A stretch of 64,000 bases of DNA from a candidate division WOR-3 bacterium (GCA_049969615.1 JBMFOM010000001.1:47199-111198), one strand, 5' to 3'. Shown: positions 51,265-62,206, numbered from the stretch's first letter. Notes: generated by a model not told the origin, from the letters alone. Made by a program: numbers and translations.

Positions 51265-51395
51265 TTTTTCAGGGGTTTCGTATTTGTAGCTGGGGGACCG
51301 AACAAATCCGGGGCAATGATTACGAGTTTTTGACCCCCAGGTTTTGCCGCGGTCGGGTTCCAAAGGCAAGATGGACAATGTTATGTGGGCGGGAG

Positions 51396-51980
51396 CTATT
51401 GACCGAATATCTCTGTCCCTGGCGGGGGGCTGAACCGAAAAAGCTCAGGTGAGAGGCTGGGGTTCAGGACAATATTGGTGAGCGCAAAAGCATATGTGTT
51501 GCCCAGGGGATCAACCACGGAAACGGTTCTGATGTCCAGCTTTGGTCCAAGCTCAACAACAACTCTCTGATATGGATACACCTCTCCTGATGGTGGGATA
51601 AAGGTATATACATGTGAGGAATCCCTAGGCTGATAAGAGAGGTTGAATCCTGGAGGGCGCTCCAGCAGGAATAGCCTGGGGTCGCAGGCTTTGGATATTT
51701 CGGATACAGGCTGGCGCATGGCGGCCTTTGCCTTTGGGAGATAGAGCCAGGCTATTCTTCCGTCTGAGACTATGAGCTGTGTGTCCGGCTCATAGGCCTC
51801 AAGACGGACCTTGTCCGGCCTCTCTATGAAAAGCTTGCCTGAATACCGCTCAGAGTATCCCTCCGCGTAGATCACGGATTCAACGAAGGAGGCCGAGAGG
51901 GAGCTGACCGGCTTGTATTTTGCTTGGACCTTGGACCACGGACCAAGGGTATCGGCAGAGAAGAGAATAAGCCAGATCAC
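51396..51980 (-). CDS. lolA: Outer membrane lipoprotein carrier LolA-like protein
   Basis: [20 protein letters not shown] and F.FSPPPG. Confidence 0.85.
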   Translation of the reverse strand: MIWLILFSADTLGPWSKVQAKYKPVSSLSASFVESVIYAEGYSERYSGKLFIERPDKVRLEAYEPDTQLIVSDGRIAWLYLPKAKAAMRQPVSEISKACDPRLFLLERPPGFNLSYQPRDSSHVYTFIPPSGEVYPYQRVVVELGPKLDIRTVSVVDPLGNTYAFALTNIVLNPSLSPELFRFSPPPGTEIFGQ

Positions 51981-52858
51981 ATTCCCTTTGCCTTCATCTT
52001 CTCCTCGAGAAGGAGGGGAACCTCCTCTGGAAGGGCCGCGGTAGGAACCCCCGCCTCAGCAAATGCCCTTATCTTTTCCTCTGCAGTTCCCTCGGAACCG
52101 GAGATTATCGCTCCAGCGTGGCCCATGCGCTTTTCAGCCGGGGCAGTTCTTCCAGCGATAAAAGCGACAACGGGTTTCCCGAATCTCTCCTTTATGAACC
52201 GGGCCGCGTCCTGTTCGTCTGTCCCACCTATCTCTCCTATGATGACTACTGCCTCGGTTTCAGGGTCATCTGCGAACATCTCAAGGTAATCCGTGAATTT
52301 CAGACCTATTATGGGATCGCCTCCCATACCTATGGCCGTGGTCTGGCCGAGGCCATGTTCTGTGAGGTGGGCCACGACTTCATATGTTAGTGTTCCCGAT
52401 CTAGATATCAAACCTACTGGCCCTGGAGCAAAAATACGGCCAGGCAGTATTCCAACCTTTGCCTTTCCGGGGGATATTATTCCCGGACAGTTGGGGCCTA
52501 TAAGCTTTACGCCCCTCTCATCCAGGAAACGGACTGCCCTTTCCATGTCTCCGGAAGGTATACCCTCTGTCACGGCAACCACTAGCTTCACGCCGGCGTC
52601 CGCGGCCTCAAGTATGGCATCATAACCCGCAAAGGCGGGCACGAATATGCAGGAGGTGTTAGCGCCGGTTTCCCTGACGGCCTCGGCCACGGTGTTGAAA
52701 ACTGGAATACCTTCTATATGCTGGCCACCCTTGCCTGGTGTCACACCCGCAACAACATTCGTGCCGTAATCCTTCATGGCCTTCGCGTGGAAACTGCCAT
52801 CCCTTCCGGTTATCCCTTGAACAACTACACGCGTACTCTCATCAACAAGGATACTCAT
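51977..52858 (-). CDS. sucD: Succinyl-CoA ligase alpha subunit
   Basis: [25 protein letters not shown] and MGHAGA. Confidence 0.96.
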   Translation of the reverse strand: MSILVDESTRVVVQGITGRDGSFHAKAMKDYGTNVVAGVTPGKGGQHIEGIPVFNTVAEAVRETGANTSCIFVPAFAGYDAILEAADAGVKLVVAVTEGIPSGDMERAVRFLDERGVKLIGPNCPGIISPGKAKVGILPGRIFAPGPVGLISRSGTLTYEVVAHLTEHGLGQTTAIGMGGDPIIGLKFTDYLEMFADDPETEAVVIIGEIGGTDEQDAARFIKERFGKPVVAFIAGRTAPAEKRMGHAGAIISGSEGTAEEKIRAFAEAGVPTAALPEEVPLLLEEKMKAKGM

Positions 52859-52926
52859 TTTCTCTTCCTGTTTTTCCAAATCATGGGCTATCTAGCCCAT
52901 GATGCCCCTAGCCCACCACAATCCCT

Positions 52927-54990
52927 TTAATCCCCTTCGGGCGGGGTGGGCGGTTTTGGCTGACCTTCGCCCCCCTCGGTGGTTTCTATGTATATGACTA
53001 CACTATACTTCTTCTTGAGCTCATCCTTGAGCTTGAAGGCCAGGTCCTTTTCCTTTTCCGCCCTTATCGTTCTCTCTATCTGTGGGTTGACCTCATCAAG
53101 CGGGCGATAAGAGGCTTTCTGAACCTCTTCCACCCTTACGACTGCCCAAGCAGTATCAGCAAAGGGGACAACGCCGAGCCAGCCAGCCTTTTTAGTTGAG
53201 ACAGCTTTGTAGAAATTAAGCGGTTCTTGTTTCTCAAAGACGGTGACCGAGCCGCCCCTGCGGGCCTCACCCTGAAGGATGGAGAACTTCATGGCAAGGG
53301 AATCAAACGGAAGGGATCCCTTCTTGACCGTGCCGAGTATCTCGTTCGCCTGCTTCTTGTCCTTGACGACTATACGCTGGCACTTGACCTGCGCGGGAAC
53401 CCTGAAGTCTTCCTTGTGATCCCCGTAATACTTGCTTATCTCATCCGGAGTAACGGTAACCTTTGACCTTATCTGGGTGGAATAGTATCCGCCCATCAAG
53501 GCCCTGCGCCGGGAAGTGTTCATCTCGCTCACCACCGAGGCCTTGAGGAAGAATTTATGCGCGTCAGCGTCCACGGTGACAACCGCCTCGTCAATCATGT
53601 TGTCAACGAGCATGGCTCTTCCGGAAGGTTGTTCATATCTGGCCTTGAACATGGGCGGTATCTCGGCAAGCTTGTCCTCAAAGTCCTTCCTAGTAATGGC
53701 CTTATCCATCGCGGCGATGACCGCGAGGGTCTCCGGCAGTTCCTGGGTTAGGGTGTCTATCATCACCTTCACCCCATACTTCTTTCTGAGATCAGCCCTT
53801 TTGGCGTCCCAAGCCGCGCGCTCCTTGTCGCTCCGGAGGGAGCGGATTATCTGAGACCTGACCTCCTCAAGGGTTTTGTAGCCGGGTTCTTTCTTCTCAA
53901 GGATCTTCACGGCAGCCCACAGGGTGTCATCAACCTGGGCAACGCCAACCGAGTCCTTCAGCGCCATGACACCGTCGTAGAAGAGCTTGTAGGCATCCTG
54001 CGTGGAATAAACTATAAACTCCCCTCCCCTGCTGGCCTCATGCTTGAAGAGGGTGAGCTCGTTCGCCAGCGAGTCCACATTTTCGCCAGCCTTGATCCTC
54101 GTGGCAACCTGGTTGGCCTCGTCCTGGGTTTTGACTACTATGCGCTTCACCCTGGCCTGGCCGGGTTGTTTGAACTCCTCCATGTGGTCAGCGTAATACT
54201 TCTTTATCTCCTTCTCCTCTATATCCACCTTGTTCTGGACCTCTTCGGTGTAATAGACCCTCTGGAGAGCACTTACCCTCGCTCTGTCTATCTCCTTCGC
54301 GACATCGGACAAGGTGTCCAACCGAAGGTTGGCGCCTTCCAGGAGAGAAAGCTCCTCGTCCAGCAAACGCTCTATGAGCTCAACCTTGCCCTCAGGCGTC
54401 TCATACCTTGGGCGATACATGGGGGGTATCTGGTCAAGGGCCTTGTCCACCTGGAGCTTGGTTATATAAATGGTATCCCCGGTGGCGGGATTAATGAGCA
54501 TCGCGGCGTATTCCTTGAAGTTGCGTTCAAAAACGCGCTCGACGCCTTCAAGTGCGTCCTGAGACCACGGGCTCTGTCTGAACTGGGTGGCGACGTGCTC
54601 GTATGCCTTTGCCGCGTCAACGGTCTGGCCCATCACCTCAAGGCAGAGTCCTTTCCTGTACAGGACCTCATCCTGAAGGGGATTTTTCTCCGGCAGAAGC
54701 TTGCCCGCCTCATCAACAGCGGCCGCGGCCTTGTCCGGCTTGCCCAATTTGTCGTAATAGAGATCAGCCATGTTCAGGAGAACCCAGAACCGCTCTATAT
54801 TAGGGATGTTTTTCTGCGCGAGGCTCTTGTAGGCCTGTTCGGCTCCGGCATAGTCCTTCTTCAGCTCAGACGACTTCGCCTTCGCGGCCTCGGGATACTT
54901 CATCGTAAGGTCAGGGTTTCTGACCACACCGGGCGTGCACCCGGCAATCATCATTCCAGCACCAACTATGCACAGAAGCGCTCTCTTCAT
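52927..54990 (-). CDS. Lipoprotein with TPR domain and two PpiC/SurA-type foldase modules
   Basis: Lipobox IAGC; TPR helices; duplicated module with ITK/ITR...IPPM..RYE, YY..H..EF..P and RGG. Confidence 0.82.
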   Translation of the reverse strand: MKRALLCIVGAGMMIAGCTPGVVRNPDLTMKYPEAAKAKSSELKKDYAGAEQAYKSLAQKNIPNIERFWVLLNMADLYYDKLGKPDKAAAAVDEAGKLLPEKNPLQDEVLYRKGLCLEVMGQTVDAAKAYEHVATQFRQSPWSQDALEGVERVFERNFKEYAAMLINPATGDTIYITKLQVDKALDQIPPMYRPRYETPEGKVELIERLLDEELSLLEGANLRLDTLSDVAKEIDRARVSALQRVYYTEEVQNKVDIEEKEIKKYYADHMEEFKQPGQARVKRIVVKTQDEANQVATRIKAGENVDSLANELTLFKHEASRGGEFIVYSTQDAYKLFYDGVMALKDSVGVAQVDDTLWAAVKILEKKEPGYKTLEEVRSQIIRSLRSDKERAAWDAKRADLRKKYGVKVMIDTLTQELPETLAVIAAMDKAITRKDFEDKLAEIPPMFKARYEQPSGRAMLVDNMIDEAVVTVDADAHKFFLKASVVSEMNTSRRRALMGGYYSTQIRSKVTVTPDEISKYYGDHKEDFRVPAQVKCQRIVVKDKKQANEILGTVKKGSLPFDSLAMKFSILQGEARRGGSVTVFEKQEPLNFYKAVSTKKAGWLGVVPFADTAWAVVRVEEVQKASYRPLDEVNPQIERTIRAEKEKDLAFKLKDELKKKYSVVIYIETTEGGEGQPKPPTPPEGD

Positions 54991-55081
54991 CTTACCTAAA
55001 CCTCCTAAAAAATGGTTTTCCTAACATCAAAAGCTCACCCCTCACGACAACATCCACCGCGAGGGATCATCAATCCCAAAG

Positions 55082-55642
55082 CTACTGGCCAAGGAGTTTC
55101 TCCAGAGCCACAAACACTATTCCAACTGCCACCGGCACCATAAGGTTATCGTCCACATCTCTGGCCAGAAACTCAGCCAGCGCACCAATCAACGCGGCAC
55201 ATATTTTAATCCAAAAGCTCAATCCGGGTAAAGTTATGCTAAGGATGATACCGACAACCAAGAAGGCAATTGCACCACCAACGCTTTTTTCCCTGAAACG
55301 CCAAAGCGGAAAGTATTTTCCGGAGAATGAGGCTAGGGGATCACCCACTGAGAAGAAAAGGATGGCGAACGCCGAGACCGGGGCCGGAAACAGCGCGACC
55401 AGAAATAAATAGCTGGCGAGGAGGGCTGTTGATCCGGATATGGTTCGGCCCTCCTTTTCCTTAAAGAACCGCTTTATGGGCCCGGGCAATCCCTTAAAAC
55501 CCCACCTTAGCCTGATCGCATCAACCAGGCCAGCTAAAATGAGTCCACACGCACAAATGGCCACCATGATGGGCTTCGGAAATAACAAAACACCAATACC
55601 CAGGAGACCAGAGAGCGCGTGGATTATCTTCCTGAAAAACAT
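55082..55642 (-). CDS. Diacylglycerol/polyprenol (dolichol/phytol) kinase-like membrane protein
   Basis: RKIIH, GDPLAS..G, KSVGG and DDNL.VP. Confidence 0.85.
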   Translation of the reverse strand: MFFRKIIHALSGLLGIGVLLFPKPIMVAICACGLILAGLVDAIRLRWGFKGLPGPIKRFFKEKEGRTISGSTALLASYLFLVALFPAPVSAFAILFFSVGDPLASFSGKYFPLWRFREKSVGGAIAFLVVGIILSITLPGLSFWIKICAALIGALAEFLARDVDDNLMVPVAVGIVFVALEKLLGQ

Positions 55643-55697
55643 GAGGGTGAATATGATATAGCCGGGATATTAATGGGCGAAAGAACGGGAACGATCA

Positions 55698-55770
55698 TAG
55701 AACCCTGTTCTCTTGGACAGGGTGCTTCTCCACTAAACCAGTGAGTTATTGCTACTTTATCAGGGGCCTC
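55698..55770 (-). repeat. Left-module copy of repeat family A
   Basis: Reverse complement gaggcccctgataaagtagcaataactcactggttt...tgtccaagagaacagggttcta. Confidence 0.85.
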
Positions 55771-55810
55771 AATACATGATCCTACCCAGAAAAAGGGTTA
55801 TAATTTGCCC

Positions 55811-56761
55811 ATGAGAAAAATCTATCTATTGGTCATTTTGGGCATTGCTTGTTTCCCCAAGATAGAGCGCTATGCCAGGGGCGATGAGAGGTGCTGGGTT
55901 GTGGTATATTCGGATGACCTGAGGCGGGTCGCGACTCACCTGCAATCGGAGACCTTCAGGATGATACAGACCCCACAGCCGGAGAGTCTCTTTAAGCTGA
56001 CCTTTGTCACGCCAGAGGAATTCCAGAGGGACTGGAAGGGCTACAAGAATGTCATCATCCTGGCCACGCCATCCTCTCCCACCTTCAATCTTTATCTATC
56101 AGTGTTCCCCGATCCCCAGCAGGGTCTCTCAGAAAAACGGGGCGGTTTTGTCCGTGACGACTATATCATAGGCCTATTTGGCGAAAAGGAAGAGGGTTTG
56201 TATGGATCGCTCACAGCAATAACGCCCATCCTCAAAGAAAAAATGAACGAAAGGGTAATGTTCCTCTATTCGCGGCTCACTTATTACCCCGGCAGGAACA
56301 GGAAATTCGCCAATACAATAAAGGAGGAATACGGCTACAAGATAGACTTGCCAGATGGCTGGGCATTCGTGAAAGAGGAAGAAAACTTCCTCGCGATGGC
56401 AAAGCACAACCCGGACCAATTCTTCTTTATTTACAGGGAGAACGCGCCCCGTGCGCTTGACCCTAGGACCATCCTTGATCTCAGGGACGAGCTAACTGGC
56501 GCTTTTTACGATGGGGATTATTCCCTCCGGGAGCTTGTTGAGACCGAGGAAACCAGGTTCAGGGGCAATCCCGCATTGGTCATTTGGGGCGTTTGGCAGA
56601 ACGACGCCAGGGTTGCGGGAGGACCTTTCAAGATAATAGCTTTCAATGAGCGCGGAAAGTTTTACATGTTGGACATGGCCGTTTTCGCGCCGGAGAAGCC
56701 GGACAAGCTCCAGTATATCTTCAGGATGGAGGCGTTCCTCAGGAGATTTGAGCCTAAGTGA
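55811..56761 (+). CDS. DUF4837-like lipoprotein
   Basis: Lipobox GIAC; TPQPESLF, W...GGPF and FAP...K motifs. Confidence 0.72.
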   Translation: MRKIYLLVILGIACFPKIERYARGDERCWVVVYSDDLRRVATHLQSETFRMIQTPQPESLFKLTFVTPEEFQRDWKGYKNVIILATPSSPTFNLYLSVFPDPQQGLSEKRGGFVRDDYIIGLFGEKEEGLYGSLTAITPILKEKMNERVMFLYSRLTYYPGRNRKFANTIKEEYGYKIDLPDGWAFVKEEENFLAMAKHNPDQFFFIYRENAPRALDPRTILDLRDELTGAFYDGDYSLRELVETEETRFRGNPALVIWGVWQNDARVAGGPFKIIAFNERGKFYMLDMAVFAPEKPDKLQYIFRMEAFLRRFEPK

Positions 56762-56768
56762 GGTTTGA

Positions 56769-56978
56769 ACCCACTTCCTGCGCAGGATCAAGTATTTGGA
56801 GACCTTTGACGGCGCGTTTGACTCTGACTCAGAAGACGTTTATCTGGACCTGGACATATCGGACTGGAAAAAAGGAAATTACGAGGCCATGATCTGGGCA
56901 TACAGCAAAGGCATGCCACAAAACCAACCCTACAACTGGGTGAGCTATCTGACCATAGAGATTACACCCGGCGAGTGA
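56769..56978 (+). pseudogene. Probable C-terminal remnant of an extracellular Ig-like domain
   Basis: DGAFDSDSEDV..LD.S.W..G.Y resembles Ig-like modules of secreted peptidases; in-frame stop just upstream and no good start. Confidence 0.4.
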
Positions 56979-56985
56979 ATATTCT

Positions 56986-57705
56986 TCAGAACTGGCGAAC
57001 GAGTCCTTGAACCCACCAAGATAATCTTTCCCTGGCATCCGCCTTCCCCAGCAGGATGTTCTCCAGCCGGGTGATAGGCCACGAGTCCTTTATCGGGTGT
57101 CTGGGAACCAAGAGAGGATCGCAATTATCGGGAACCGACCAACCGTGGCCAATAAAGGCCATCTCATACCCGCAGGCAGGAAGGAGATTCCTCGCCCCCA
57201 GTTCAATGTCTCTGCGCCTTCCATAGGGATAAGCGAATATCCTGGCATCAACGCCAAGGTTCTCCTTTATCAGCTCTTTTGAAATCCTGAGTTCTTCCCC
57301 TGCCTCCTGGCCAAACCTGATATGCCTGTGGCCGTGGGAACCTATCTCAAGGCCATCTTTCAAGAGATCACGCAGTTCATTCCAAGATAAGGGAACAAGC
57401 GGGCCTTTCTGGCTAAGACGGGGGAATCTCTCACAGACAAAACTCTCCCAGGAACCGGATTCCCTGAGCTCTGGCAGGGTGGTTGTCAAGAAGAGCGTAG
57501 CGGTGAGGCCCCTCGCCTTTAGTTCAGGAAAGACCCAGAGCAGATCCGTCCAGCCATCGTCAAAGCTGATCGCGACGCGAGGGGACGGGGCCTCAAGTAT
57601 TCCAGACGCGTGAGCTGAAGGGAATCGCGAGAGGAAATCCAGGTGCCAGAGAAATCCATCCCTGTCAGTTATGTTATGGTAAAGGAGAACCCGCCTACCC
57701 TTCAT
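56986..57705 (-). CDS. Polysaccharide deacetylase
   Basis: LLYH, SFDDG, IGSHGHRH and FAYPYG. Confidence 0.9.
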   Translation of the reverse strand: MKGRRVLLYHNITDRDGFLWHLDFLSRFPSAHASGILEAPSPRVAISFDDGWTDLLWVFPELKARGLTATLFLTTTLPELRESGSWESFVCERFPRLSQKGPLVPLSWNELRDLLKDGLEIGSHGHRHIRFGQEAGEELRISKELIKENLGVDARIFAYPYGRRRDIELGARNLLPACGYEMAFIGHGWSVPDNCDPLLVPRHPIKDSWPITRLENILLGKADARERLSWWVQGLVRQF

Positions 57706-58355
57706 CTCCTGAGTCTCCTCCTGAGCCAGCGCAGAGCCTTTGCCAGGCCGAGCTTCCTCGCTATCCACCTTAGGCCACGGTATCCGGCCATAAGTCCCTC
57801 CCAGAGGCCCCAGCCAATCCCAGCGCCCTCAACCCTACCGTCCGGGTAAAGCGCGACTCTTCCCCTGCGGGAAACAAACCTTCCTTCCCGGAGGGAAACC
57901 AGGATATCGTCCGGTCCGTCCTCAACCTCCAGGACTATGGGCGTATAGCCCGGCGCGTGGATGTCGCACCCGCCAATAAACAGGATGTCCTGGCCCGCAA
58001 ACATCCTGAGGACCCGGCGCGATGGATAAGGCCCGTCGCGTTTCAGGTTCCAGGCCTCCGCGCACGCGAAAAGTTTCGCGGGACCCTTTGGCTCGCCGGG
58101 GTGAAGCAGAACCGATAATCCGGGCAATTCAACCCAATGCAAGAACTTGTCCTCCTTTTCGGTGAACCAGAGGAGCTTGACCCCCGCTATTTCATCCGGC
58201 ATGCAAGCGAGTTCCGCGGGGTCAACATCCGGCTCGTGTTCGGTGAATATCAGGAAAGAAAGTCCTTGGCCCTTCGCCCAGAGTGCCCAGTCCCGGAAAT
58301 CGCCATGCCCGTCAGACGACAGAGACGAGTGCAAGTGAAAGGCTCCGCGGATCAC
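57702..58355 (-). CDS. PHP-domain metallophosphoesterase-like protein
   Basis: HLHS..S.DG, TEH, HP and GGCDIH; GTG start 6 nt after TATAAT. Confidence 0.82.
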   Translation of the reverse strand: MIRGAFHLHSSLSSDGHGDFRDWALWAKGQGLSFLIFTEHEPDVDPAELACMPDEIAGVKLLWFTEKEDKFLHWVELPGLSVLLHPGEPKGPAKLFACAEAWNLKRDGPYPSRRVLRMFAGQDILFIGGCDIHAPGYTPIVLEVEDGPDDILVSLREGRFVSRRGRVALYPDGRVEGAGIGWGLWEGLMAGYRGLRWIARKLGLAKALRWLRRRLRR

Positions 58356-58600
58356 CTGCAAATTATATTGGTTGCTCGTTATTCGTTGCTCGTAGCTATT
58401 CATGACAAGACGAGTGGAAATGGCTCTTTGTAGCCTGGGATCACTCGCGGAGGCACAAAGATCCCGAGACCAGGGGTTTTACATCGCCGCCAGCCGGTTT
58501 AGGATTGGGTAGCTGAAGGGTTACGGAATAACCCAATTGCGGACGAGTATTAGCACAAAGGAAATTGCGCCAGGACAATCCCCCGCTTTATCCTTTCAGT

Positions 58601-59629
58601 ATGAAGACTCTCCTGGTCACCGGCGGCGCCGGGTTTATGGGATCTGACTTCGTGAGGAAGATGCACGAAAAGCATGAGGACTGGCACATCATTGTCTTGG
58701 ACGCGCTGACCTACGCTGGCAACCCTGACAATATTCCGCAAGCAATAAAGGAAAGCCCCAGGTTTGAGTTCTGGTATGGAGATGTAAATGACTTGCACTT
58801 GGTCAACGAGCTGGTCTCCCGGTCCGATTATATCGTGCACTATGCCGCGGAAACGCATGTCTCTCGCTCACTTTATAATGACAGGGTCTTCTTTCAGACC
58901 GATGTCCTGGGAACGCAGTCAGTCGTCTCTGCTGTTTACAGGTGGGCGGGAAGGGTGGAGAGATTCATTCATATATCAACCTCCGAGGTCTATGGCTCCG
59001 CGATAACCGATCCCATGAACGAGGATCATCCCCTACTGCCAACAACACCTTATGCGGCCGCGAAAACCGGCGCGGATAGGCTGGTCTGGTCATATCTGGT
59101 CTCCTATGGGATTCCCGGGGTGATAATCAGGCCGTTCAACAACTATGGCCCTTATCAGCACCTGGAGAAGCTAGTTCCCCGGTTAATCACAAGCGCGCTC
59201 ATGGACGAGCCTCTCACAATATTCGGCACGGGCGAGGCATCACGGGACTGGCTATTCGTTGAGGATACAACCAGGGGCGTTGAAGCCGCTCTGTTGGCGC
59301 CGTCAAGCAGGGTGGTTGGCCAGGTCATAAACCTGGGGACGGGAAGGGCAACAAGCGTCAGGGAAATGGCGAGCGCGGTTCTCCGGATACTCGGAAAATC
59401 CGAGGAATGCCTCGCGCACATGACGGAAAGGCCAGGGGATGTCCAGCGCCACATCGCTGGAATAGGGAAGGCAAGGGAACTGCTTGATTGGGAGCCGGAG
59501 GTCAGGCTTGAGGACGGCCTGGCGAGGACTGTTCAATGGTATAAGGAAAACGAGTATTGGTGGCGACCCCAGCTTTGGATGCGCTCAGTCAAGATAAGGC
59601 TCCCGGACGGCTCGGTCGCGTATTACTAG
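58601..59629 (+). CDS. rfbB: dTDP-glucose 4,6-dehydratase-like NAD-dependent epimerase/dehydratase
   Basis: TGGAGFMGS, DALTYAG, AAETHV, STSEVYG, YAAAK and NNYGPYQ. Confidence 0.85.
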   Translation: MKTLLVTGGAGFMGSDFVRKMHEKHEDWHIIVLDALTYAGNPDNIPQAIKESPRFEFWYGDVNDLHLVNELVSRSDYIVHYAAETHVSRSLYNDRVFFQTDVLGTQSVVSAVYRWAGRVERFIHISTSEVYGSAITDPMNEDHPLLPTTPYAAAKTGADRLVWSYLVSYGIPGVIIRPFNNYGPYQHLEKLVPRLITSALMDEPLTIFGTGEASRDWLFVEDTTRGVEAALLAPSSRVVGQVINLGTGRATSVREMASAVLRILGKSEECLAHMTERPGDVQRHIAGIGKARELLDWEPEVRLEDGLARTVQWYKENEYWWRPQLWMRSVKIRLPDGSVAYY

Positions 59630-59787
59630 ATTCGGTTGCTCGTTATCCCAATTATGTTTAGCCCCAACCTCCACGCTGGGGGCCACGGCCGGGAAAAGGC
59701 CCCGAAACCCACAAACCCTTCCCAGAGCAGGTTTTCCAACCTGTCGTCGGACCGGAAAGTCTGACCCGGGGAACATGGGCCAGATCT

Positions 59788-61617
59788 CTACCGGGTTTTT
59801 CTCAGGTGCTGATAAACCGCCATGACATCAGCTGGAGTTATTCCGGGTATTCTCAGGGCAGAGGCCATGTTCCGTGGCCTAGCTTTTGCAAGCTTCTCGC
59901 GCGCCTCGCGGGATATGCTCTCTATTGCCGAATAATCAAGGCCCTCCGGCAGGGATTCGCTCTCAGCTTCTTGGATACGTCTTGCCTCCAGTTCTGCCCT
60001 TTTGATGTAGCCTGAATAGAGAGCCTCTATCTTGACCCTTTCGGAAACACGGGGCGAGACCGGCGGGGCAAGGCCAAGCTTCACCAGGTCCTGATACGAA
60101 ACGCTAGGACTGGATAGCGCGGAAAATGCCGTTGAACCCATTGCCAGGCCGAGTGCGCTGGCTTTTCGTGCAGGAATCCTGTGTGATTTTAAATGCCCCA
60201 GAACAAAGTTCAATTCATGTTGATATTCTTCAAAAACTCGCCATGTCTCCGACGGAACAAGGCCTTTTCTCCATCCGATGGGCACGAGGCGCTCGTGCGC
60301 GTTATCCATCCGTAACAAAAGCCGAAACTCTGCCGAGGAGGTGAAAAGCCTGTATGGCTCGTCAACCCCCCTTGTCACCAGGTCATCAATCATCACACCA
60401 ATATAGGCTTCTGTTCTTGAGAGAACGAGTCCTGCGCCAAGAGCGTTCGCTCCCGCGATAAGGCCCTGGGCCGCGGCCTCCTCATAGCCGGATGTCCCGT
60501 TTATCTGGCCCGCGAGATAAAGCCCCCTGACCCTTCTGTGCTCAAGTGTTGGCAAAAGATCCCGTGGATCGGAATAGTCGTATTCAACAGCGTAGCCAGG
60601 CCTCATCATCTCAACGCGCTCAAGGCCGGGTATTGTCCTGAGCATACTGAGCTGGACATCTGGCGGCATTGAGGTTGAGAACCCGTTCAGGTAGTATTCG
60701 GGGGTATGCGGCCCCTCTGGCTCAAGTATTACCCTATGCGATTTTACCTGGGGGAAATTCACGACCTTTGCCTCAAATGAGGGGCAGTATCTCGGCCCCC
60801 TGGAGGCCACCCTGCCGTCAAACAGGGGGCAGGACCCAAGGTTTTCTAGGACCAAGGCCGCGGTGCGATCGTTGGTCCTGCTCAGCCAGCATGGCATTTC
60901 ATCCATTATCTCAAGCACCCGGTTAAGAAGATGGAAGCCGCGGGCCGGTTTATCTCCCTCATAAATCTCAAGCTCCGAGAAATCAACGGTCTGGCCGTCT
61001 ATTCGTGGGGATGTGCCGGTCTTTAGCCTGCCAAGAGAAAGCCCAGCCCTTCTGAGACTCTCGGAAAGAGCTATGGCGGGTGCCTCGCCCATCCTGCCGG
61101 ATGCGCGGGATTCCTTGCCAAAAAATATTCTGCCGCCCAGGAATGTCCCCGTAGCAAGCAAAACAGCCCCAGACCTCAAAGACTTTCCGGTTCTGGTTAG
61201 CACCCCAGATACCCGATCTTTCTCAATCAAAAGCTCAACCGCCTCATCCTCAAGAACAACAATGCTCGGATCCGAAAATATCCTTTCCTGAATTGCCTCG
61301 CGATATCTCTTCCTGACACACTGGGCCCGGAGCGCACGGACAGCTGGTCCACGACTGCTGTTCAATATCTTGGTCTGAACGGCAGAGGCGTCCGCGGCAA
61401 TGCCCATCACCCCGCCTAGCGCGTCAATCTCGCTGACCAGCTGGGATTTACCGGGCCCCCCTATGGCGGGATTGCAGCTCATCTCGCCGATTTTCTCCTT
61501 GTGCAGAGTAATGAGCAGAACCTTGCCGCCGAGACGGGATGAGGCTAGAGCGGCTTCACAACCAGCGTGGCCTCCGCCAATGATAATGAGGTCGTATCCG
61601 GTGGAAATCATCTCCAT
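59788..61617 (-). CDS. mnmG: tRNA uridine 5-carboxymethylaminomethyl modification enzyme
   Basis: [25 protein letters not shown] and [17 protein letters not shown]; exact start uncertain. Confidence 0.96.
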   Translation of the reverse strand: MEMISTGYDLIIIGGGHAGCEAALASSRLGGKVLLITLHKEKIGEMSCNPAIGGPGKSQLVSEIDALGGVMGIAADASAVQTKILNSSRGPAVRALRAQCVRKRYREAIQERIFSDPSIVVLEDEAVELLIEKDRVSGVLTRTGKSLRSGAVLLATGTFLGGRIFFGKESRASGRMGEAPAIALSESLRRAGLSLGRLKTGTSPRIDGQTVDFSELEIYEGDKPARGFHLLNRVLEIMDEMPCWLSRTNDRTAALVLENLGSCPLFDGRVASRGPRYCPSFEAKVVNFPQVKSHRVILEPEGPHTPEYYLNGFSTSMPPDVQLSMLRTIPGLERVEMMRPGYAVEYDYSDPRDLLPTLEHRRVRGLYLAGQINGTSGYEEAAAQGLIAGANALGAGLVLSRTEAYIGVMIDDLVTRGVDEPYRLFTSSAEFRLLLRMDNAHERLVPIGWRKGLVPSETWRVFEEYQHELNFVLGHLKSHRIPARKASALGLAMGSTAFSALSSPSVSYQDLVKLGLAPPVSPRVSERVKIEALYSGYIKRAELEARRIQEAESESLPEGLDYSAIESISREAREKLAKARPRNMASALRIPGITPADVMAVYQHLRKTR

Positions 61618-61732
61618 CCTATCGGGGATAGACGTAAAATTATGTTCTGGGAAAAGGCTAGAAATCAAGCCGGTCAAAAATCAGGAGTGGTTCGTATAAC
61701 CGCTCCCTAGCATGAACAAACTCTCACAAAAG

Positions 61733-62206
61733 CTACTTTTGCTTTTTTGCCTCTTCCAGAAGTGGGGCTAAAGCCCTCTCAGATGCGGTGTTGAAATCTG
61801 TGCCAATCCCCTGGCCCATGTATAGGACCTCGCCTGTCTCGGAATCAATCAGTTTCACCACGACACTGCCTCCGGTGAAGGAAACTATGCCGACCACATC
61901 CGCACCTGTCAGCCTTCCTATGCGCCCGGATGAGGCCGGATCAACTGCCCCCGAGACTCCGAATTCCTGTTCCGAAAGCACTCCCTCAACCCGTTCGCGC
62001 TCAAGCACCGTAATGTTTCCGACCTTCAGTAGCTGAAGGGAAACCTGGTTGTATGCCGCGTCGCTCAGATAACCGCCGTCGGATACCAGCGCAAGCCTGT
62101 ATGTCTTAGTGAAATCATAGGAAGGAGATATAGCCCAATCAGCGGGCCTCGTGGTTGCTATACAACCCAAAACCGCAAGCACTGTCGAGAGCATTAACTT
62201 TTTCAT
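61733..62206 (-). CDS. CsgG/HfaB-like lipoprotein
   Basis: Lipobox VLGC; VLER..V..VLSEQ...SG.VD....IGRLTGAD...KLIDSETGEV. Confidence 0.78.
   Translation of the reverse strand: MKKLMLSTVLAVLGCIATTRPADWAISPSYDFTKTYRLALVSDGGYLSDAAYNQVSLQLLKVGNITVLERERVEGVLSEQEFGVSGAVDPASSGRIGRLTGADVVGIVSFTGGSVVVKLIDSETGEVLYMGQGIGTDFNTASERALAPLLEEAKKQK

Noticed and set aside
54040-54999. Long antisense ORFs (e.g. 54040-54999, 17725-18504, 43872-44510, 30220-30879, 11308-12003)
   Set aside because: Shadow frames opposite well-supported genes in GC-rich DNA; no recognisable motifs
61618-61732. oriC next to mnmG (gidA)
   Set aside because: Short intergenic region with no DnaA boxes (TTATCCACA) or AT-rich unwinding element seen
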